Origin: Chitinophagaceae bacterium
GTDB lineage: Bacteria; Bacteroidota; Bacteroidia; Chitinophagales; Chitinophagaceae
Direction: 5' to 3'
Assembly (NCBI GenBank): GCA_036404975.1
Contig: DASWYM010000547.1
Location: 1-40,706 of the forward strand
DNA: 40,706 bases
Below are positions 16,461 through 25,769 of this stretch, piece by piece (position 1 is the stretch's first letter; each line of letters starts with the position of its first letter). The notes beneath the pieces were generated by a model. The model worked only from the letters and a program-made list of their open reading frames with translations, did no database searches and was not told the DNA's origin. The position numbers and the translations under genes are program-made.

Positions 16461-18467
16461 CTAGTACTTCACCAGCTTCTGCACCGTCTCGTGCAGCCTG
16501 GCCCTGGCCAGGAAGTTCTGCTCCAGTTCGGTATTGAAGGGGACGGGGGTGTCCAGCGAGGTGCAGCGCATGATGGGGGCGTCGAGGTATTGGAAACAGT
16601 GCTCCGAGATCCAGGCACTGATCTCGCCGCCGATGCCGCCCACCAAGGTATCCTCGTGCAGGAGCAGCACCTTGCCGGTTCGCTTCACCGCCGCCCGGAT
16701 GGCTTCGTAGTCCAACGGCAGCAGGGTGCGCAGGTCGAGGATATGGATCGATATCTCGGGATGCTCCGAAGCGTAGTCGTCCGCCCAGTGCACGCCGGCG
16801 CCATAGGTGATGATGGTGAGGTCGTCGCCCGTCTGCACGACGCGCGCCTTGCCGATCTCCGCCTCGTAGTAGCCTTCCGGCACCGGGCCGCTCACACTGC
16901 GGTAGAGGGCCTTGTGCTCGAAGTACAGCACCGGGTTGGGATCGTTGAGGGCCGCAATCAGCAAGCCCTTGGCGTCCATGGGCGTGGAGGGGTATACTAC
17001 CTTCAGCCCCGGCGTGTGCACAAACCAGGCTTCGTTGCTCTGGCTGTGGAAGGGACCGGCCCCCACCCCTCCACCCGTAGGCATGCGGATCACCACGTCG
17101 GCGTTCTGCCCCCAGCGGTAGTGGATCTTAGCCAGGTTGTTTATGATCTGGTTGAAGCCTACCGTCACGAAGTCGGCAAACTGCATCTCCATCATGCTCT
17201 TGAAGCCCTCGAGACTCAGCCCCAGGGCGGCCCCCACGATAGCGCTCTCGCAGAGGGGTGTGTTGCGCACCCGCTCTCTGCCAAACTTCTCCACGAAGCC
17301 CTCGGTGATCTTGAAGGCGCCGCCGTATTCGGCAATGTCCTGTCCCATCAGCACGAGGTTGGGATGCTTTTCCATGCTTAGGAACAGGCCTTCTTTGATG
17401 GCATCGATAAGACGGAGGGAGCGTGAGTGGTGCGTGGTGAATGGTGAGTGATCTTCTATGATGGAAAGATCTTTATCACCTTTCACCCGTGGGGCATATA
17501 CATCGGCCAGTTCCTTCTCTGTCTTCACCACGATGGGCGCACTGTCGAAGCCGTACTTCAGCTCCTCTTCAATCCGGACCTTCTGCTCACTGCGGATGGC
17601 TTCGATGTCTTCTATAGTGAGAGCGCCTTCGGCGATAAGAAACTCCTCGTAGTTCTTAATAGGATCTTTCTCCGACCACTCGTCGAAGAGCTGTTTGGGC
17701 ACGTACTTCGTGCCGCTGGCCTCTTCGTGCCCCCGCATGCGGAAGGTCATGCACTCCACCAGGTAAGGCTTCTGGTTCTGGATACAGTAGTCGCGCACGC
17801 CCTTGATGGTGTCGTACACCGACAGGACGTTGTTGCCGTCGATCACCACCGACTCCATGCCGTAGCCTTTGGCCCGGTCGGCCAATTGGGCGCAGCGGTA
17901 CTGCTCGTTCACCGGCGTACTAAGGCCGTAGCCGTTGTTCTCAATGATAAAGATAACGGGCAGGTCCCATACAGCTGCCGTATTGAGCGCTTCGTGGAAG
18001 TCGCCTTCACTGGTGCCCCCGTCGCCGGTAAAAGCCAGCGACACCTTCTCTTCTTTGCGTAGCTTATACGCCAGGGCCACGCCATCGGCTATGGCCAACT
18101 GCGGGCCCAGGTGAGAGATCATCCCGCAGATGTGGTGGTCGCGGGCTCCGAAGTGAAAGGATCGCTCGCGGCCCTTGCTGTAGCCATCCTGGGCGCCCTG
18201 CCACTGCTTGATCAGGCGGCTAAGCGGCATGCCGCGCGACGTGAACACCCCCAGGTTGCGGTGCAGGGGCATAATCCACTCGTCGGGCTGCAGGGCCATG
18301 GTGGCCCCCACGGAGATAGCCTCCTGGCCGATGCCGCTGAACCACTTGGAGATACGGCCCTGGCGCAGCAGCACCAGCATCTTTTCTTCGATCAGGCGCG
18401 GCCACAATAAGTTGCGGTAGATTTCCGCCAGTTGTTTATTGGTCAGATCCTTACGCTGAAAGTCCAT
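16461..18467 (-). CDS. 2-oxoacid (probably branched-chain) dehydrogenase E1, fused alpha/beta
   Basis: GQEA, GDG...NN TPP motif, RMRGH, EMQFADF, GPFHSQ, transketolase-like C-terminus. Confidence 0.95.
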   Translation of the reverse strand: MDFQRKDLTNKQLAEIYRNLLWPRLIEEKMLVLLRQGRISKWFSGIGQEAISVGATMALQPDEWIMPLHRNLGVFTSRGMPLSRLIKQWQGAQDGYSKGRERSFHFGARDHHICGMISHLGPQLAIADGVALAYKLRKEEKVSLAFTGDGGTSEGDFHEALNTAAVWDLPVIFIIENNGYGLSTPVNEQYRCAQLADRAKGYGMESVVIDGNNVLSVYDTIKGVRDYCIQNQKPYLVECMTFRMRGHEEASGTKYVPKQLFDEWSEKDPIKNYEEFLIAEGALTIEDIEAIRSEQKVRIEEELKYGFDSAPIVVKTEKELADVYAPRVKGDKDLSIIEDHSPFTTHHSRSLRLIDAIKEGLFLSMEKHPNLVLMGQDIAEYGGAFKITEGFVEKFGRERVRNTPLCESAIVGAALGLSLEGFKSMMEMQFADFVTVGFNQIINNLAKIHYRWGQNADVVIRMPTGGGVGAGPFHSQSNEAWFVHTPGLKVVYPSTPMDAKGLLIAALNDPNPVLYFEHKALYRSVSGPVPEGYYEAEIGKARVVQTGDDLTIITYGAGVHWADDYASEHPEISIHILDLRTLLPLDYEAIRAAVKRTGKVLLLHEDTLVGGIGGEISAWISEHCFQYLDAPIMRCTSLDTPVPFNTELEQNFLARARLHETVQKLVKY

Positions 18468-18484
18468 ATGCCAAAGATGCTGCT

Positions 18485-18826
18485 TTAATCCCTATCGGCA
18501 AGGGCCTCCAGGAGATAAGTCACCACCGAAACAATAAGGCTGAAAAGGATGGCCGTCCCCCAGCCGCTCACGGCAAAACCGTCGACAAAATAGTCGGTCA
18601 CCTTCACCAGTATGGCGTTGATGATCAGCAGGAAAAGTCCCAGCGTGAGGATGGTGATGGGGATGGTGAGGAGCACCAGTACCGGCTTTACAAAGGCATT
18701 GAGCAGCGAAAGGATGAGGCCCACAACAAGGGCGGTGGCCAGGCCGTCGAGCATGACGCCCGGCAGGAAGTAGGCAGCGATGATAGCGGCAGTGGCGGTG
18801 ATGAGGATCTTCAGAATGAATCCCAT
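18485..18826 (-). CDS. 4-TM membrane protein (phage-holin-family / YvlD-like)
   Basis: LLNAFVKPVLVLLTIPITILTLGLF..INA signature. Start MGFILK. Confidence 0.9.
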   Translation of the reverse strand: MGFILKILITATAAIIAAYFLPGVMLDGLATALVVGLILSLLNAFVKPVLVLLTIPITILTLGLFLLIINAILVKVTDYFVDGFAVSGWGTAILFSLIVSVVTYLLEALADRD

Positions 18827-18841
18827 TGGGAAAGGTTTGTG

Positions 18842-18849
18842 CAAAGTTA
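18842..18849 (-). promoter_or_regulatory. Bacteroidota primary-sigma -7 element
   Basis: TAACTTTG, a perfect TAnnTTTG, 15 nt before the ATG. Confidence 0.7.
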
Positions 18850-18850
18850 A

Positions 18851-18878
18851 AGCTGCAAGCTACAAGCCACAAGCTACA
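18851..18878. repeat. 7-bp array AGCTACA-type x4
   Basis: AGCTGCA AGCTACA AGCCACA AGCTACA. Confidence 0.85.
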
Positions 18879-18887
18879 AGCAGGAAG

Positions 18888-18915
18888 AAAAAAGGCCACC
18901 CGCTTTCAGGTGGCC
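18888..18915 (-). terminator. Intrinsic terminator after the M16 pair
   Basis: GGCCACC/GGTGGCC stem with a U tail on the minus strand. Confidence 0.7.
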
Positions 18916-18976
18916 ATTCCAGTTATATCCAGGTTCTCTTCTCCCCCCAATCCTTCAAATCCTCCCCAATCAAGGT

Positions 18977-20269
18977 TCAGACAACTACCAATTCATAAAA
19001 GTTCTCCGGCACGAGGTACTTCTGGGCCAGGCGCTGCAGTTCGTCGGCCGGCACGGTGCGGATCGTCTCGATCTGGTTGTAGAAGTAATTCTCATCCAGC
19101 CCGTTGAGGATGATGTTCTTCCAGCGGTTGATGATCTGGAAGGGACCGTCCAGGTCGCCCAGGATGCTGCCCATCATGTAGTTGCGCACCAAGGCCAGCT
19201 CGTCTTCCTCGATGGGCTCGTTGCGCAGCACTTCCATCTCTTTATACACTTCGGCCACCGTGGCTTCGCACACATCGCGGCCCGCCTCGGTGGAGATCAC
19301 CCAGGCGCTTTGCTGAATGTGATTCTGCAGGTAGGAGTAGATGCCGTAGGTGTAGCCCTTCTCCTCGCGGATGTTGCTCATCAGGCGTGAGCCGAAGAAG
19401 CCACCAAAGAGGTTGTTCAGCACCTGCACCTTCTGGAAGTCGGGATGGTGTCGGTTGGGGAAGTGTGCCGCCATGCGGATGGCGCCCTGCACCCCGTTGG
19501 GGTCGTTGGTGACGCGGTACTTGCGCTCCGCAACCGGCCTGGCCACTATATCGGCCAGGGCCACGTGCGCATTGCCCAGGTCGCCGAGGTTATCGTCGAG
19601 CAACTGGAAGATGTTCTTTGGCAGCTTGCCCGCCACGAAGATCACCAGCTTGCCATTAAGGTAGTAGCGGTTGTAGTAGTCCACCAACTCCTCGCGGTTC
19701 AGCGCATCGAAGTCCTCGAAGCGGCTGTAGCGGCCGTAGGGATGCTCCTCGCCATAGAGGTAGGCATCAATGAGGCGGCTGGCCACGAAGTCGCTCTTCT
19801 TGAGGTTCACCCTCAGGCGCTGCTTCATGTTCTGGCGGTACACCTCCAGCTCCTCCTGTGGAAACACCGAGTCGGTCAGCACTTCCTTCACCACCGGCAG
19901 CAGCTCGGGCAGATGCCTGGTGAGGCTGTGCAGCGTGAGGGTGCTCGTCTCGTTGTAACAGCTGCGGTTCAGGTGCGAGCCATAGTACTCGAAATGCTCG
20001 TTGATCTGGAAGGCGCTCTTGGTGCGGGTACCGTTCTTCAGCATAAAGTTCGTGGTGGCGGCCACCAGGTTCTTCTCCTCGTACCAGTTGCCCGCCAGGT
20101 ACACGCAGTCGAGCATCACCACCTCTTCGGCGCCGGCGTCTACCGCATACACGTGTACGCCGTTGCGCAGCACGTATTTCTCGTAGGGTTTCAACCGCAG
20201 GGTCAGGTCCACCGCGTCTTTGATTGGGGGCGCCTGCTTGCGATCCAGTTTTTCTGTTGCTACTTTCAT
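18977..20269 (-). CDS. M16 family peptidase, non-catalytic partner subunit
   Basis: SRLMSNIREEKGYTY motif. No HxxEH. Confidence 0.9.
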   Translation of the reverse strand: MKVATEKLDRKQAPPIKDAVDLTLRLKPYEKYVLRNGVHVYAVDAGAEEVVMLDCVYLAGNWYEEKNLVAATTNFMLKNGTRTKSAFQINEHFEYYGSHLNRSCYNETSTLTLHSLTRHLPELLPVVKEVLTDSVFPQEELEVYRQNMKQRLRVNLKKSDFVASRLIDAYLYGEEHPYGRYSRFEDFDALNREELVDYYNRYYLNGKLVIFVAGKLPKNIFQLLDDNLGDLGNAHVALADIVARPVAERKYRVTNDPNGVQGAIRMAAHFPNRHHPDFQKVQVLNNLFGGFFGSRLMSNIREEKGYTYGIYSYLQNHIQQSAWVISTEAGRDVCEATVAEVYKEMEVLRNEPIEEDELALVRNYMMGSILGDLDGPFQIINRWKNIILNGLDENYFYNQIETIRTVPADELQRLAQKYLVPENFYELVVV

Positions 20270-20316
20270 TCTATATCCTTAGTGCTTTTATTCAATGGTT
20301 AAAACTATTCTCTCTC

Positions 20317-20380
20317 CCTAATTCTCAATTCCCATCCCGATAGCTATCGGGACCTAATTCCTCCTAATCCCTAATTCCTA
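20317..20380. repeat. CCTAATT arrays enclosing a perfect 18-bp palindrome
   Basis: TCCCGATAGCTATCGGGA at 20335-20352, between CCTAATT-type units. Confidence 0.85.
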
Positions 20381-21616
20381 GCTTTTTGACATATACCAAA
20401 TCGTATTACTATTCTCCTCCCGGAAGATCCTGTTGGCCTCCTCGTGGATCTCGTCCACCGTCACCACGTTGTAGCGCTCCAGCTCGGTATTCATCAGCGC
20501 GGCATCGCCCAGCAGCTCGTAGAAGGCCAGCGAGTTGGCGCGGTTCATCACGCTCATGTCTTCGAACGAGATGGTGCTCTCGGTCTTGTTCTTCACCTTC
20601 TGCAGCTCGGCCTCGGAGATCTTTTCGTTCTTTAATTTCTCCAGCTCGGCGGCCACGGCCCTTTCGGCGTCTTCCATCTTCACGCCCTTCACCAGCTTGC
20701 CATCGATGGCCAGCAGGCCGGCATCGACGGTACCGAAGTGGTAGCACTCGATGTTGGAGAAGAGCTTCTGCTCTTTCACCAGGCTCTGGAACAGGCGTGA
20801 GGAGCCACCACCGCTCAGCACGTCGGTGATCAGGTCGGCCACGTAGTAGCGGTGATCCATGCGGGGATAGATGTGCCAGGTCTTGTACAGGGCGTCGAGC
20901 GGCACACTGGCATGCACTTCGGTGAAGCGGGGGGCCGTCTGCGGCGGCTCCTGCGGCAGGCTGCGCACGTATTTCTCACCGCTTTCGATGGGGCCGAACC
21001 ACTTCTCAGCCAGCTCGCGCACCTGCTCCGTCGTCACGTTACCCGCCACCACCAGGATGGCGTTGTTGGGGCGGTAGTACTTAAAGAAAAAGTCCTTCAC
21101 GTCCTGCAGGCTGGCGTGCTCGATGTGCGACAGCTCCTTGCCGATGGTCATCCAGCGGTAGGGGTGGGTGGTGTAGGCCAGGTCGCGCATCTTCAGCCAC
21201 ACGTCGCCGTAGGGCTTGTTGAGGTAATGTTCCTTGAACTCCTCCATCACCACCTTGCGCTGCACCTCGAGGCTCTCCTCGCTGAAGGCCAGCGACAGCA
21301 TGCGGTCGCTCTCCAGCCAGAAGGCAGTCTCCAGGTTCTCGGCCGGCAGCTGTACATAATAGTTCGTCAGGTCGTTGGTGGTATAGGCGTTGTTTTCGCC
21401 GCCGGCCATCTGCAGGGGGTCGTCGTATTCGGGGATATTGATCGAGCCGCCAAACATGAGGTGCTCGAACAGGTGGGCAAAGCCGGTGCGCGAAGGATCC
21501 TCGTCGCGGGCGCCCACGTCATACATCACGTTCACCACCGCCATAGGGGTGGACGTATCCTGGTGCACAATCACCCTCAGCCCGTTGGAGAGTGTAAAAC
21601 GTTCATAATTTACCAC
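20378..21616 (-). CDS. M16 (insulinase/pitrilysin) family zinc peptidase
   Basis: HLFEH inverted zincin motif, NAYT, GTG start. Confidence 0.95.
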   Translation of the reverse strand: MVNYERFTLSNGLRVIVHQDTSTPMAVVNVMYDVGARDEDPSRTGFAHLFEHLMFGGSINIPEYDDPLQMAGGENNAYTTNDLTNYYVQLPAENLETAFWLESDRMLSLAFSEESLEVQRKVVMEEFKEHYLNKPYGDVWLKMRDLAYTTHPYRWMTIGKELSHIEHASLQDVKDFFFKYYRPNNAILVVAGNVTTEQVRELAEKWFGPIESGEKYVRSLPQEPPQTAPRFTEVHASVPLDALYKTWHIYPRMDHRYYVADLITDVLSGGGSSRLFQSLVKEQKLFSNIECYHFGTVDAGLLAIDGKLVKGVKMEDAERAVAAELEKLKNEKISEAELQKVKNKTESTISFEDMSVMNRANSLAFYELLGDAALMNTELERYNVVTVDEIHEEANRIFREENSNTIWYMSKS

Positions 21617-21690
21617 AGAGTAAATGATTTAATGAGTGATCTGTTTTTATTTCCAACCTACCATTTTCACGCCACAAGCTTCAACCTTGC

Positions 21691-21718
21691 TTGCAGCTTG
21701 TAGCTTGAAGCTTGCAGC
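21691..21718. repeat. 7-bp array TTGCAGC-type x4
   Basis: TTGCAGC TTGTAGC TTGAAGC TTGCAGC, the reverse complement of the 18851 family. Confidence 0.85.
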
Positions 21719-21771
21719 TTCTTTTCCCGAAAATGCCTGTAAAAGTACTGAAAAGCGCGCCCATAACTGCC

Positions 21772-22962
21772 CTAGTGGCGCAGGATGTTCTTCACCTTGA
21801 AGTCGAAATCCAGGAGCTCGCCATCGCGCCGGATGATCAGGCGGATGGTGCCGTTGGTATTTTGCAGGGCCGCCTTCATAAGCTGCAGGTTCTGCACGAA
21901 GTTGCGGTTTACCGCCACCACCACGTCGCCTTCCCTCAGCCCCGCCTTTTCGGCCGGCGAGCCCTTAGCCACGTCGCCCAGCAGGATCTCGCCATCCATG
22001 TAGTAGAGCTCCACGCCGCTGTACGAGTAGTCGAAGGGGTCGTTGAAGTGGCTGTTGGGCGTGAGGTAGAAGTGGCGCTTTTCGTAGTTCAGCACCACGT
22101 TGAAGCGGCGCAGCAGGTCGTTACCGATGAGCCCGCCCATATAGGGATAGGAGGTCACGTTGTAGTTGTCGTCGAACACGTACACCGGCACGTTGCGGAA
22201 CTTGTAGGGCCCCAGCTTTACCTCCTTCACCACCGTCATGTGCATGTCGATCTTGCCACCCAGCCCCTCGGCCTCCTTCACCCACATTTTGCGTTTACTG
22301 CTGAGCAGCGAGCTGTCCTGGATAAAGTCGGTTGTCAGCAGCATGTTCAGCCCTGCGCCCATATCGTAGAGGAAGCGGGCTTCCAGGGCCTTGTCGTCGC
22401 GCACCCGGGCCGACTGCACCGGCAGGGTGGAGATGAAAGGCCGGAAGAGGTAGCCGCCGCGGGGGTATTTCATCGCCCCCCGGGTCCAGAACTCGATATG
22501 CGTGGAGTCGAAGTTGATCTTGAGGATATAGCGGCTGAGCACCGAGTAGCCGATGATGCCATCGATCTGCTCGCCGTACACCGCCGTCAGGATGCCGTAA
22601 TCGTTCACATGGAAGTTGAGGCTGTCTACCGTCAGGCCGGGGAAGTGCAGCTTCTGGTTGTAGAGGAACGACACGTTGCGGATGCCGGCAATGCCGCGGA
22701 TGGTGCGGTTGGAGGCCTCGGGCTTCAGCTTGAAGTACTCGACCGTAGTGGAGTCGAGCGAGATGCCGCCGCTGCCGGTGTCGAGGATAAAGTTGAGCGT
22801 GTCGGGGAAGGAGTTCAGCTGGGCCTTCATCAGGATCACCCCGCCGGTCATCTGACGGAAGGGCATGCGGGTGATGAACCGCGAAGGGGTAATGAATTCT
22901 TCCTGGGCCGTGGTGGCGACCGCCGGGAAAAACAGGAGTATGAACAGGACCGGTCTTAGCAT
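21772..22962 (-). CDS. Aspartyl protease (two retropepsin-like lobes) with a C-terminal PDZ domain
   Basis: Start MLRPVLF with signal peptide. LDTGSG, GIIG, YDMGAG, GLIG, SPAEKAGL.EGD. The ORF-track N-terminal extension is repeat-derived. Confidence 0.9.
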   Translation of the reverse strand: MLRPVLFILLFFPAVATTAQEEFITPSRFITRMPFRQMTGGVILMKAQLNSFPDTLNFILDTGSGGISLDSTTVEYFKLKPEASNRTIRGIAGIRNVSFLYNQKLHFPGLTVDSLNFHVNDYGILTAVYGEQIDGIIGYSVLSRYILKINFDSTHIEFWTRGAMKYPRGGYLFRPFISTLPVQSARVRDDKALEARFLYDMGAGLNMLLTTDFIQDSSLLSSKRKMWVKEAEGLGGKIDMHMTVVKEVKLGPYKFRNVPVYVFDDNYNVTSYPYMGGLIGNDLLRRFNVVLNYEKRHFYLTPNSHFNDPFDYSYSGVELYYMDGEILLGDVAKGSPAEKAGLREGDVVVAVNRNFVQNLQLMKAALQNTNGTIRLIIRRDGELLDFDFKVKNILRH

Positions 22963-23239
22963 ATAGCAATAGGTGGCATTAATAAGACTGCACAGGGAAT
23001 CAAAGTGTTGCAAGGGTAATGTACGAAAATGCGGGCGCTTTGACAAGGGGAAATAGCTGAGCGTCAAAGGGGAGGGGTGAGCGGGGAGGGGAGACGGGAA
23101 ATGGGAAACACCAAAGGAGGGCCATGGTCCCCGTCCGGCCAGCTGGCCGCCCGCAAGGCCGGATGGGAGCAATACCATAATCCAGTAGTCCCTGGTCCTG
23201 TGGCCCGGTGACGGCAGGGTAATCCCGTAGTAAAGGCCT

Positions 23240-23381
23240 TGCAGAAGTACTGCAATAGTACCCCAATAGTACAGCAATAGCAGGGATACAGTACATAGCA
23301 AAAGGTACTATAAGGGTACTATTACAGTACTATTGCAGTACTATTGCAGTACTATTGGGGTACTATTGCCATACTGCTACC
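23240..23381. repeat. Inverted 11-bp-period tandem array
   Basis: Five TGCAATAGTAC-like units (23240-23294), a 10-nt spacer, then seven GTACTATTGCA-like units (23305-23381). Confidence 0.93.
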
Positions 23382-23731
23382 TGGACGTCACCCGGGGGTG
23401 ACTTAGGCGTCAGATAGAAGCTGGAGAGCGGCCTGGCGGCGGGATAAAACCTCTTGCAGCAGGAGCAGCGCGCTGCAGGGGGCGTTCTGATTTTCCAATT
23501 CCCGGTATCACCGCATAGCCAGGCCCCGGTCGATCAGCAAGCCGCCCCGGCCAGTATATCCATCCCTGTTACAGTCAACACCTATTGATGCCAGGCTGGC
23601 CGGGTCCTGTTCCGGGCGCTGCAGGAACCAACTGTAATTTTTGTTGCGCATTGCTCCTATAAGCAAGGAAAAATCGCCTATTATTGTGCACCCCTTCCAC
23701 CCTGTTTTTAGCCACTAATTAAACCATCAAT

Positions 23732-24172
23732 ATGACTACCGTAAACGTTTACCTCAATTTCAACGGCAACTGCGAAGAAGCTTTTAACTTTTATAAATCC
23801 GTATTTGGAGGGGAGTTTCCCTACATCGGCCGGTTTAAAGACATGCCACCCCAGGAAGGCATGCCACCCCTGTCGCAGGAAATGGAAAACAAGATCATGC
23901 ACGTTTCGTTGCCCATCAGTAAAGAAACCATGCTTATGGGAAGCGACACCGGCGGCGAATGGGCGCCTTCCTTCCAACAGGGCAACAACTTCTCCATCTC
24001 CATCAACACCGACAGCAAAGAAGAAGCCGACCGGCTGTTTAACGCATTGTCCGAAGGCGGGAAAGTGACCATGCCGATGAGCCAGACTTTCTGGGGCGAC
24101 TATTTCGGGATGTTTGCCGACAAGTTCGGCATCAACTGGATGGTTAGCCAGAATGACCAGCAACAGGCGTAA
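23732..24172 (+). CDS. VOC family protein (PhnB-like)
   Basis: YLNFNGNCEEAFNFY, IMH, LMGSD, FWGDYFG..DKFGINW. Confidence 0.95.
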   Translation: MTTVNVYLNFNGNCEEAFNFYKSVFGGEFPYIGRFKDMPPQEGMPPLSQEMENKIMHVSLPISKETMLMGSDTGGEWAPSFQQGNNFSISINTDSKEEADRLFNALSEGGKVTMPMSQTFWGDYFGMFADKFGINWMVSQNDQQQA

Positions 24173-24311
24173 GGTAGGCAAATAAGCTTGTTTCGCTTTT
24201 TGTGCAAAGCAGCATAGTAGGCCGGATGCCTTATGGCAAAGCGGCAGCAAGAGGAGCGCAACCAGAGGCAGTTCCACTGCTACCAATAACCTGCTTTCTT
24301 TCCCATTATCT

Positions 24312-24346
24312 AAAACCCCGTCCCGGAGCTGCCGGGATGGGGTTTT
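24312..24346 (+). terminator. Intrinsic terminator (bidirectional shape)
   Basis: AAAACCCCGTCCCGG-AGCTG-CCGGGATGGGGTTTT. Confidence 0.8.
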
Positions 24347-24757
24347 CACCAGTATAAAACTCATCCCAGCACCGTGGGGAAGTCGCCCCTGGCCATAACG
24401 CTACGACCAGGCAGAACTCAGGTAGTCTTCTACCCTGTTCCTCTGAATACCTAAACTAAACTGCCCTATAAGAATACAACGCCTCACACTGGCGGGTTCA
24501 GCCGTTTCGGGTACCTGACCACAGCCAGATAACAAATCCCTGATAAGCTGTATACCTTTAAGCAAGCTGACGGAACTCGGAATGCCGCCACTGACAGAAA
24601 CATCCCTGTGCCAATAGCGGTCATGCTTTGGCACAAGCTCTATTACTGAGTTGTAACTGCCAAAACTGTCGCATTCAGCCCCTATGATTGCCGGATTCAC
24701 ACTGCAACGACTCTTTATTTATGAACGAAATTTGTAGTACTATAAAACAGAGATACC

Positions 24758-25351
24758 ATGAGAAAAATAATTGTGTTATCAATGATCACCTTAGATGGAG
24801 TGATGCAGGCACCCGGTGGCCCTGGGGAAGACCCATCGGGAGGTTTCAACTATGGAGGATGGGTGGCACCTTATGATGATGAAGTAGCGGGTAAGGTTAT
24901 GGAAAAACTCATGAAACCTGCAGATCTTCTTTTGGGCAGAAAGACCTTTGAGATTTGGGCGAACTACTGGCCAGAGCATGAGAGTATATGGCCGGGTATC
25001 AATGAGGTCACGAAATACGTCTTGTCCACCACCATGAACGAGTCCCATTGGAAGGGATCCGTTTTCCTCCAGAGCCTGTCCGATATCGAAAAGCTAAAGG
25101 CTTCCAAAGGTTCCGACATCCAGGTCTGGGGCAGTGGAAAGCTTGTGCAGGGGCTCCTTAAGAAGGACCTGGTCGACGAGCTCTGGCTCATGATTCACCC
25201 GCTGACGCTTGGGCAGGGAAAAAAGCTGTTTGACGATGGCCCCATTCCGGCAGCCTTCACATTAGCGGAAAGTACCGTGACACCCAGCGGCGTGATCATT
25301 GCCCATTACAAGCGGGCCGGGCAAGTCAGGACCGGCACGGTGGGAGCGTAA
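24758..25351 (+). CDS. Dihydrofolate reductase family protein (RibD C-terminal-like)
   Basis: TLDGVMQAPG, LLGRKT, WGSG.L, LVDEL..HP..LG.GK.LF. Confidence 0.93.
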   Translation: MRKIIVLSMITLDGVMQAPGGPGEDPSGGFNYGGWVAPYDDEVAGKVMEKLMKPADLLLGRKTFEIWANYWPEHESIWPGINEVTKYVLSTTMNESHWKGSVFLQSLSDIEKLKASKGSDIQVWGSGKLVQGLLKKDLVDELWLMIHPLTLGQGKKLFDDGPIPAAFTLAESTVTPSGVIIAHYKRAGQVRTGTVGA

Positions 25352-25559
25352 AGAGAAACTATAAGAAAATCACTCGCCGAACCCCTACCAGGGCATGGAC
25401 ATTCGCATTGAAGGCAACAAGCTCATAATTACCACAGCTGCCCGGGCAGCAGACTATTCTGAGTTTGAAAGAGTAGGATGAGTTGGTGCCTGGGCAGGCC
25501 ACCGTCAACTTGCAAATCCGTATTGAGCCCAATACCTTTAACCAAATTTAGCACCTCAC

Positions 25560-25769
25560 ATGTATTAACTTCAAACTGCTTATACAGACTGGTTTCCAGG
25601 TCTCTCTGCAATCCTGCTCATGATCTTAACGCCTATAATGATCATTCTGGTTGGCTACCTTCTTGTAAGAGTAGCTATAAGAGCTGCCACAAAAAGAGCA
25701 AAGAAGACAGGCAAAGATCACCAACCTCCTGTTGGTGGAACAACTGAAGAACCAGGGTGTAAGCGATGA
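25560..25769 (+). pseudogene. Small single-TM protein with a stop at codon 3 (or a 49-aa protein from ATG 25620)
   Basis: MY*LQTAYTDWFPGLSAILLMILTPIMIILVGYLLVRVAIRAATKRAKK... A -7-like CAAATTTA lies at 25543-25550. Confidence 0.45.

Noticed and set aside
18485-18826. Prophage, suggested by the 'phage holin family' protein
   Set aside because: This 4-TM family is commonly chromosomal, and no phage genes are nearby.
18977-20269. M16 gene lacking HxxEH as a pseudogene or novelty
   Set aside because: Active plus inactive M16B heterodimer pairs are well known.
22963-23301. N-terminal extension of the aspartyl protease ORF (likewise extensions at 6719-6868, 14273-14353, 26422-26523, 32183-32416)
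   Set aside because: They run through repeats, promoters or neighbouring genes. Signal peptides or domain starts mark the downstream ATGs.
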